Positions 43,802 through 50,233 of a stretch of 64,000 nt of DNA are shown here, one piece after another. This DNA comes from Christensenella sp. UBA4636 (lineage in GTDB: Bacteria; Bacillota; Clostridia; Christensenellales; Borkfalkiaceae): contig DHMS01000033.1 in NCBI GenBank assembly GCA_002405915.1, positions 114,895-178,894 of the forward strand. Direction: 5' to 3'. The stretch's first letter is position 1; each line of letters starts with the position of its first letter. Position numbers and translations under genes: made by a program. The notes under the pieces are model-generated. The model was not told where the DNA came from. It worked only from the letters and a program-made list of their open reading frames with translations, and did no database searches.

Positions 43802-44476
43802 TTATTTTATTATGATATAGTCTTTGGCGAGCATCCCGGCTTCAGCCAAAGTTTTGGGTTTGACGGGCGGCATAACCGCAATACTTCCGCCGTTCCCTAA
43901 AAGTTTAGGGGTTTTCGGAGAGTTTTTTACGCCCGAAAGGTAAGCTTTTATAACTCTGTCCTTAATCGGTGTACTTTCGATTTGACCGTACAAAAACTCC
44001 TCGTCGTTAAGCTTTGCTCTCAGCTCTTCGGCTTCACGTAGCAAGCATTTAACGTAAGCTTTCTCCAAAAACTCCTTGTCGCCGAGGTTTTCGCCCGATT
44101 CGGCAAAATCGGCTATTTTCTCGGCATACTTTGCGGCTTCGGGAAATTTTTTGTAAAACTCCTCCGCGCCGCTTAAACCCCTTTCGCCTTTTTCCGCGTT
44201 TTCCCGCGCTTTTTTCTCCGCTTCAAGAGCGGCTTTTTCTTTCTCCGCGCTAAGCTTGAACTCGGTTAATTCGGCTACTTTCCCTTCCAGTTCCTTAATC
44301 CGTTGACTGCGTTTGGTGAATTCGGATTCGAGTGAACCGTAAGCTTTTTCAAGCGACTTAACGTCTTTGAACTTTTTCAATGAGGTCGAGGTCTGCTCGT
44401 CGCGCCCTTCTAAAATTTCTTCTGCCTCCGCAGTTTGCGCCGCGACCGCGGCTTGTTCATTTTTAAGCTCTTCCAT
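43802..44476 (-). CDS. Phage capsid scaffolding protein
   Basis: 224-aa acidic coiled coil (KFKDVKSLEKAYGSLESEFTKRSQRIKELEGKVAEL), lying between the portal and capsid genes. Confidence 0.7.
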   Translation of the reverse strand: MEELKNEQAAVAAQTAEAEEILEGRDEQTSTSLKKFKDVKSLEKAYGSLESEFTKRSQRIKELEGKVAELTEFKLSAEKEKAALEAEKKARENAEKGERGLSGAEEFYKKFPEAAKYAEKIADFAESGENLGDKEFLEKAYVKCLLREAEELRAKLNDEEFLYGQIESTPIKDRVIKAYLSGVKNSPKTPKLLGNGGSIAVMPPVKPKTLAEAGMLAKDYIIIK

Positions 44477-44494
44477 GATATCCTCCCGCTTATT

Positions 44495-46375
44495 TTAATT
44501 TGCTTTTTCGCTTAAATTTTGAATTTTTTCGGCGTTTTCCTCTCTCAAAAACGCCTTGTGCGCTCTTATATGAGCGAGCGCGTTCTCTTTAACTTTCTTT
44601 TCGTCGCCGAACAGCGCCGCTTCTCCCGATAAAAGGAAACGCGTATGTTCGGTGATATGCAGGTCGTGGTCGTCGAATTCTTCGGGTTCAACTTTCCCTT
44701 TTATGAATTCGAGATTTTCGCCCGAAGCCTTCGAAATGTGCAAATTCGTCAAATCTTGCACACTGTCGAAGTTGCCGTACCCTAAAATTTCCAGAATTTT
44801 GGCTTTCGTTCTCGGGTTCATCTGCCCGTCGCCGTCCGTCAAAAGCCCGGTCGAAAGTAGATCGTAAATACTGCTCTTCTTCTGCGCCGGGGTGGACGAA
44901 AGCTCGTTTTCTGTATCGAACACAACGTCGTCGCTCGTCAAATCCGACGCGTTGAAGTAGAACACTTCGCTCTTTCTGTTATCGCCCGCAATGCGCATAA
45001 GCCTCGTATCGGTCGCAAATTGTCTAAAAAGCCTTATAATCTGCTTTCCGACCTCACGCACCGCCCGCCTTACGTTCTCCGCCGTAACGGACAATCTCGT
45101 TTCGTCTTGCTCCACGAGAAGTTGAAGCGCAACGCCGCTCGTCGCCGTCGTCGGTAAGGAGGAATTGCGCGAAATTTCGCTTACGCCGCTTATCGTGATG
45201 AACTCGCTTGAAAGCCTTTCTTCCTCGTAAGTAAAGTCCACCGGCACGCTTTGCGCGTTGAGCATTCTCGGCGGCTCCGCGCCTTGGCGATAAACAATAA
45301 CTTTTCCAGGCGGCAAGCCCTCTTCGGCAAGCGCGTCGGTATCAACGGAGCCGTCCTCGACGGTCATGACTCCCACGCTCACTCTGTTCAAAAACTCATG
45401 CTTTCTGTTCTTGACGGCGTTGTAAGCCCTCTGCAACGGAATAATCCTTTCAACCACGCTCACGCCGAAAAACGTTCCCGCCTGAGAGTTACTGTCTTGC
45501 TTGACGAACGGAAAATCTCGTTCGCCGTCCCTGCCGTTTAAGTACGGCAAGTCGGAAATAGCAAGTATCTTGTCGCCCGCAACAGTCACTACGCGCCCGT
45601 TCGGGAACTCCATGCTCGGTCTTTCGTACCGCTCGATGACTATCGCCGAATCCCTTGCCGCGCCCGAACCTATGCCGCGCGCGTTCGCCGTCGCTCTGCC
45701 CGTAGTTTTCGTGAGCGAGAAAACGTCGACTTCTTCGCCCTCCACTTTCACGCCGTAAACGTCCTCGATTTCCTTAACGGGTACGGCGCGCGCATGAATG
45801 AGCGATTTTTGCTCGGCTATGTCTTGGCGGAACAAACTTTCGGGAAATATTTCGAAAGGAGAAACGGCTATTACTTCCACGTCGCCCTCCGTAACTTTCT
45901 CCCCGTTCACGCTCCCGAGCGTTTTGCCCGCGTTTGCGTTCCAGGTTATTTTATAGAACGCCGAACCGAGCGTTTCGCTCCACAACGTCGCTTTAGAAAT
46001 TATCCCGTCAAGACCTATGCGCGAACAAGTCGCGTTTAAGACTCCCGAAGATATCCTCGCGGTTTTAATGTCCGCTTCCTCGCTACCCGCCGCCCTTACG
46101 CTCATAACGGGTCTAACCCTCGAAAGTTTAGCTATTCTCGTTTCGACTATAGGCGCGATATGGTTGTAAACGTTCCGCCTTTGCCAGTAATAGTCCTCTT
46201 CCTCTTCTCTCACGTCGCCGTCGGAAGCGATTTCGCAGTACTGGTTGCCCATCAGATAATTCATGTTGAGCCGCCACTGTTGTTCGAGCGCGCGCCTTTC
46301 GCTTCTTCTTCGTTCGAAGTCCTCTTTAACCTCGGCGGCAAGCTCGTCGTAAAAAACTTCTTTACTTTCTTTCAT
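44495..46375 (-). CDS. Phage portal protein
   Basis: 626 aa, downstream of the terminase and upstream of the scaffold. The N-terminal region RRALEQQWRLNMNYLMGNQY is typical of portal families. Confidence 0.75.
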   Translation of the reverse strand: MKESKEVFYDELAAEVKEDFERRRSERRALEQQWRLNMNYLMGNQYCEIASDGDVREEEEDYYWQRRNVYNHIAPIVETRIAKLSRVRPVMSVRAAGSEEADIKTARISSGVLNATCSRIGLDGIISKATLWSETLGSAFYKITWNANAGKTLGSVNGEKVTEGDVEVIAVSPFEIFPESLFRQDIAEQKSLIHARAVPVKEIEDVYGVKVEGEEVDVFSLTKTTGRATANARGIGSGAARDSAIVIERYERPSMEFPNGRVVTVAGDKILAISDLPYLNGRDGERDFPFVKQDSNSQAGTFFGVSVVERIIPLQRAYNAVKNRKHEFLNRVSVGVMTVEDGSVDTDALAEEGLPPGKVIVYRQGAEPPRMLNAQSVPVDFTYEEERLSSEFITISGVSEISRNSSLPTTATSGVALQLLVEQDETRLSVTAENVRRAVREVGKQIIRLFRQFATDTRLMRIAGDNRKSEVFYFNASDLTSDDVVFDTENELSSTPAQKKSSIYDLLSTGLLTDGDGQMNPRTKAKILEILGYGNFDSVQDLTNLHISKASGENLEFIKGKVEPEEFDDHDLHITEHTRFLLSGEAALFGDEKKVKENALAHIRAHKAFLREENAEKIQNLSEKAN

Positions 46376-46541
46376 CGTTTTTCCCGCCCGTCGCCATAAC
46401 GGCTTTTTTCAGCTCCGAAAAACAACTTCTGCAAAGGTTAAAGCTTGCGCTTTTTCCGTCGAACGTCAGTCTAAACTCCGCAAGGTTTCCGCACCCCGGC
46501 ACGTCGCACACGATTTTGTCTTTCAATTTTTCGATTTTCAT
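46362..46541 (-). CDS. Unlisted small zinc-ribbon-like ORF (59 aa) overlapping the portal start
   Basis: It falls below the 60-aa cut-off of the ORF track. My translation is MKIEKLKDKIVCDVPGCGNLAEFRLTFDGKSASFNLCRSCFSELKKAVMATGGKNDERK. It contains two Cys pairs, has the SD AAGGAG upstream, and its stop overlaps the portal ATG by 14 nt. Confidence 0.5.
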   Translation of the reverse strand: MKIEKLKDKIVCDVPGCGNLAEFRLTFDGKSASFNLCRSCFSELKKAVMATGGKNDERK

Positions 46542-46556
46542 AAAATCTTTTACTCC

Positions 46557-46841
46557 TTAATTGTTGTTTTTTAGTTCTTCGATGAGCCTTAACTTTTCTT
46601 TTTCAAGCTCTTCGTCCGTCATCGAAGAATAGTCTTTTTTCTCTTCGCTAAACGCGTCGAGAACCATCTTCGCCGCTTGCGTATCGGGCGGAAAGTGCTT
46701 TTTGGTCACTTTCTTTTTGGTCAGAACAAGTCCGTTGTCCGTGTCTTGATACTCTTCCACGACTTCTTTCGCGTCGTAGCCGACCGCCTTCTTCGTAAGC
46801 GCGCTTCTGATTTTTTCCTTAACGCTCTCTTCACTTTTCAC
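46557..46841 (-). CDS. Small protein resembling the C-terminal part of phage small terminase subunits
   Basis: 94 aa. The segment KKAVGYDAKEVVEEYQDTDNGLVLTKKKVTKKHFPPDTQAAKMVLD resembles the TerS motif ...E.VE......K.V.K..PPD..A..FWL. I see no N-terminal HTH. Confidence 0.4.
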   Translation of the reverse strand: MKSEESVKEKIRSALTKKAVGYDAKEVVEEYQDTDNGLVLTKKKVTKKHFPPDTQAAKMVLDAFSEEKKDYSSMTDEELEKEKLRLIEELKNNN

Positions 46842-46844
46842 GTT

Positions 46845-48260
46845 TTACACTCCTCGTCGTTTTATTTTTCTCATAAGCCTCTCCTTGTCTTTTTGTACCG
46901 CCGTTAGTTTTTCCGTTATTTTCGGACCGGCGGGTCTCGTCATGATATAGTAACGTAGCGCGTCGAGCGCGTGGTCGTCACGCTTAATCGGCGCGTCCTC
47001 GTTGCCCCAGTAGTAACTTTTCAGTTCGCGTATAAGGTTTACGCAATTTTTAAAGATATAAAGCCTTTTCCCTTTGAAGTATTCCTTAACGCGCGCTATC
47101 CCCGTGAACAAATCCTTGTTAACCCGCGTGTCCACGGCAATTCCTTGTTCGAAGAATAGTTGCGCCACGCTTGCAGGTCCGTTCAACGTCTTTTGGTTCG
47201 CCGCACTATCAATTAGCGCGTAAATTCTGCCCGCTTTGTCCTTCTTCCAGTTAAGCTTTTCGCAAATATCCTTTATCTTTTCGGCGTGGTAAGAAATATT
47301 CCGCCCCGCTTCGAAGTGTTCCGCCGCAACGTACACGGCGTCGTCGTAATCGACGTAAAACCACAACGCCGCAAGCGGGTTATTTAGCCCCGGGTCAACG
47401 GAAATTCCGCTCTGCCATTCGTCGGGGAGCTTTCTCGGCTCAATAACGTGTACGTTCTCGTCGAACTCTCCGTATACAATTCCGCACGCGTTCTTGAACC
47501 GCCCGAACCTGCGCGATTCGAGTTCGTCCTTGTCCATGCACTCCGAAAGTCTTTTGACTTCCTTTTTATCGAGGAACGGGTTGTCCGCCCATTCCATGAA
47601 TTCATACCACACTTCTTTGGAATTGAATTTATTGAGATAAATCTCATCGTATATAAACGTCAATCCCTTTAAAGGCGTCATCGTGCCGAAAATTTCGCCG
47701 CACTTATCGAGAACGCGCATTTTGCATTCTTCGTACACGTCCTTAGGCGGCTCCTCGTCGAACCACACGAAGTCCAAGCTTGAACCTTGAAACTTTTCGC
47801 GCCCTTGGTCGCAACTTTTAAAGCCTATCCGCGAAATTCCGCCGAACACGTTTTTTACGAGTATCTGGTCGATTATCCCGTTTTCCGGGCTACCGCGCCG
47901 CCCTTCGCTCATAATAACGTCCTCAATCCAGTCGGGGTTTAGGTAGGAAAGTATCTTCTTTTGCGCAACGTCGCGCTGAACTTGCGCCGAAAGAGAAACC
48001 ACCCACCCGAACACGTTAGGCTTGTTTTTCTTGTACGGGTGACACCCCCGCGCAAGATAAATTGTTTCCACCGCGCCGCATTCCGTCTTTCCGCTTCTGT
48101 TCCCGCCGAACACCCAGCGATTCTTTTTCTTGCATTTATGGAACGCAATTTGTTTTTTATGAACTTTTTTGCCCGAATTATAACGGGACAACAAATCGTT
48201 ATCCCGTCGCCTTAGCTGCTCTCGCTCGATGGCGAGAACCTCTTCAATAAGATTTTTCAT
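46845..48260 (-). CDS. terL: Phage terminase large subunit
   Basis: 471 aa with a Walker A (FGGNRSGKTECG), a Walker B (LDFVWFDEEP) and nuclease motifs (ALIDSAANQ, KRDDHALDALRYY). Confidence 0.9.
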   Translation of the reverse strand: MKNLIEEVLAIEREQLRRRDNDLLSRYNSGKKVHKKQIAFHKCKKKNRWVFGGNRSGKTECGAVETIYLARGCHPYKKNKPNVFGWVVSLSAQVQRDVAQKKILSYLNPDWIEDVIMSEGRRGSPENGIIDQILVKNVFGGISRIGFKSCDQGREKFQGSSLDFVWFDEEPPKDVYEECKMRVLDKCGEIFGTMTPLKGLTFIYDEIYLNKFNSKEVWYEFMEWADNPFLDKKEVKRLSECMDKDELESRRFGRFKNACGIVYGEFDENVHVIEPRKLPDEWQSGISVDPGLNNPLAALWFYVDYDDAVYVAAEHFEAGRNISYHAEKIKDICEKLNWKKDKAGRIYALIDSAANQKTLNGPASVAQLFFEQGIAVDTRVNKDLFTGIARVKEYFKGKRLYIFKNCVNLIRELKSYYWGNEDAPIKRDDHALDALRYYIMTRPAGPKITEKLTAVQKDKERLMRKIKRRGV

Positions 48261-48339
48261 GATTTACGACAATCCTCTACAAAATTTTCTTTTCTTCCTT
48301 AAAAACGTTTATACTCCGCCGAGTTATAATCTTTCTACT

Positions 48340-49086
48340 ATGAAAAAGCTTATACTCCTGTTTTTAATAATATCGACTTTTGTTTCGGCGGTTTTTTCTC
48401 CGCCCGTTTTACGGTCAACGCCCGCGAGCGCGGCTTTGTACACCTACGCCCGCGTGGTCGTTTCCGACGCCGTTTTTTACGCCGACCGTTCGCTTTCTCT
48501 TCCGCGCTTTTTCTTGCCGGAAAGCTACTTCGTCCGCGTAATTTCCATCGACTCCGACGTTTGCCGCGTCGCTTATATGGACGGAGCGGCGCGCCCCGTC
48601 AAGGAGGGTTACGTAAAAACGGTCGCTTTGAGCTTCGTTGCCGAAACCCCGCCCGTTATTTATCCGGACATAACCCTTTCCGTCAAAAACGAAGAAGTTC
48701 TTTTTTCCGACTTAACGAGCTTCACGCCCCGCGCCGTGCTTTCGACTTCCTCTTCCGCCGTCTATTACGGCGAAACGACTTTCGGCGGCGAAACTTACGT
48801 TTACGTCTACGCCTCGGGTTACGTCGGCTACGTTCGTAAGTCGGGCTTTTCTCCCTTTTCCGTGCCGCTTTTAAGCGATTATAGGCGCGTTACCGAAGAA
48901 AGCTCCGCTTCCTCTTCTCAAAGCGGAAGCTCTTCTTCTCAAAACTCCGAAAAATCGGCTCTCGGCGCGGATACCGGCAAAATTGCGGTTATCGCCGCCG
49001 CGCTCATCGCCGTGGTGTCGCTCGTCTTTATCGTCACGCGCCCCTCTAAGAAGAACGCCAACGCTTTTTACAAAGACGACGACTAA
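48340..49086 (+). CDS. Signal-peptide protein with two SH3b-like domains, an S-rich linker and a C-terminal TM anchor
   Basis: ORF 48229..49086. The likely start is ATG 48340 (MKKLILLFLIISTFVSAVFS), only 10 nt after a TATAAT (48325-48330). The C-terminal TM is IAVIAAALIAVVSLVFIV. Confidence 0.55.
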   Translation: MKKLILLFLIISTFVSAVFSPPVLRSTPASAALYTYARVVVSDAVFYADRSLSLPRFFLPESYFVRVISIDSDVCRVAYMDGAARPVKEGYVKTVALSFVAETPPVIYPDITLSVKNEEVLFSDLTSFTPRAVLSTSSSAVYYGETTFGGETYVYVYASGYVGYVRKSGFSPFSVPLLSDYRRVTEESSASSSQSGSSSSQNSEKSALGADTGKIAVIAAALIAVVSLVFIVTRPSKKNANAFYKDDD

Positions 49087-49111
49087 GCTTTTACTTATAC
49101 CTTAAAAAACT

Positions 49112-49789
49112 TTAAGCAAGCCTTGTCGGGAAAACTCTTATAACGATAGGCTTTTTCGCCGCGGAAGCGCACGCCGCGCCGGCTTGAGAAAGCCCGCCTA
49201 CCGATAGTTTTTGCTCGTTCGCCCCGCTTTCTTTTGCCGCGGGTTTTACGGGAATGTTTACGCGCGCCTTTCTCGGTCTGCCCCTTCTTTTGAAAAGGAA
49301 GGGGTTGTTTTCCGTTTCGTCCGCGCGTCCTATGCTTTCTACTAACGTACTGAGCCGACTGCGCTTATTTTCCGAAAACCTCTTCGCCCACGAATACTTG
49401 CCGTACTCCCTGTCAAAGCTTGCTTCGTCAAGACCGACGTAAGAAAGATATTCTTCTAACAAGGCTTCCGCGAGCGTTAATCTGCGGTAATAACCGCTCT
49501 TCGAAAACCTTTTTTCCTCTCCGCCTTTCGGCAATACGTTCAAATATCGATACATCAATATTTCGCGATAATCTTTTCCCAGCCTTTCAAGCACGACCTT
49601 CACTCTCTTTTTTAGCCACAGTAAATCTTCTTTCTCTTTTGCTTTTAACGAAACCTCGTCGAATATTCCTTCGACGGATTTTTTAAAACAGAAACTTCTT
49701 ACGCAAATCGTGCGTATTTCCTCGTTAATCGCTTCAACCCTCGAGTCGCACGAACGGTAAAGCAGCAGAATTTTTTTTGAGTAACTCAT
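49112..49789 (-). CDS. Putative phage late-gene activator-like regulator (sigma-70 region-4 / RinA-ArpU-like) with a C-terminal AT-hook-like motif
   Basis: 225 aa. The segment YREILMYRYLNVLPKGGEEKRFSKSGYYRRLTLAEALLEEYL resembles sigma region 4 and phage late activators. The C-terminal FKRRGRPRKARV carries the RGRP core. The SD GGAGGAG lies upstream. Confidence 0.4.
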   Translation of the reverse strand: MSYSKKILLLYRSCDSRVEAINEEIRTICVRSFCFKKSVEGIFDEVSLKAKEKEDLLWLKKRVKVVLERLGKDYREILMYRYLNVLPKGGEEKRFSKSGYYRRLTLAEALLEEYLSYVGLDEASFDREYGKYSWAKRFSENKRSRLSTLVESIGRADETENNPFLFKRRGRPRKARVNIPVKPAAKESGANEQKLSVGGLSQAGAACASAAKKPIVIRVFPTRLA

Positions 49790-49836
49790 TGACTCCTCCG
49801 AAATTAAAAATTTGATTTCGTTCTCCTTGCACGCCT

Positions 49837-49865
49837 ATTATACCAAGCTTTTCACCGAATTTCAA
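49837..49865 (-). promoter_or_regulatory. Near-consensus sigma-A promoter (proximal) for the 225-aa regulator
   Basis: The minus strand reads TTGAAA (49865-49860), 17-nt spacer, TATAAT (49842-49837). Confidence 0.6.
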
Positions 49866-49983
49866 ACGTTAGTCCACTTTTTGAACAAAATAATTTTTAA
49901 GTAATTCAAAATTTCGCTTTTTATCGTCGATTTTACGGCAAAAATTTTTTTCGTTCACCCCCGAATTTTTCTCGGCACAAGTT

Positions 49984-49997
49984 CGAACATTTGTTCT
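49984..49997. promoter_or_regulatory. Cheo-box-like (Firmicutes LexA) site
   Basis: CGAACATTTGTTCT matches the CGAAC-N4-GTTC core. It lies 6 nt downstream of the -10 of the distal minus-strand promoter. Confidence 0.4.
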
Positions 49998-50003
49998 ATT
50001 ATT

Positions 50004-50032
50004 ATTCTATCACAACTTTTTAAAAAATGCAA
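50004..50032 (-). promoter_or_regulatory. Distal sigma-A promoter with extended -10
   Basis: The minus strand reads TTGCAT (50032-50027), 17-nt spacer, TAGAAT (50009-50004), preceded by TGTGA. Confidence 0.5.
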
Positions 50033-50233
50033 CCGGTTTGTCCCACTTTTTTCAAAAAATTTTTTCAAGCGCGAAAACGTTAGCGATAATGCGGAATTTT
50101 GCGAGCAAGGCAATGAAGAAAAAACAAAAAATTGCGTAAAATAAAAAAAATTCGGGTAAATCGCGCTAAAAAAATTGTCGTTTTATGGTGTATTATGATA
50201 TACTATTAGTTATCAAAAATATTATGGTGAAAC

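Larger units (their letters stand above)
38574..49789 (-). mobile_element. Phage-derived head/packaging gene module plus upstream regulator (tail-less as far as I can recognise); boundaries approximate
   Basis: Co-oriented, tightly packed genes in this order: regulator, TerL, TerS-like, Zn-ribbon, portal, scaffold, major capsid, connector-like, three unknowns, terminator. I recognise no integrase, tRNA, att repeat, tape measure, lysin or replication gene. Confidence 0.7.
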
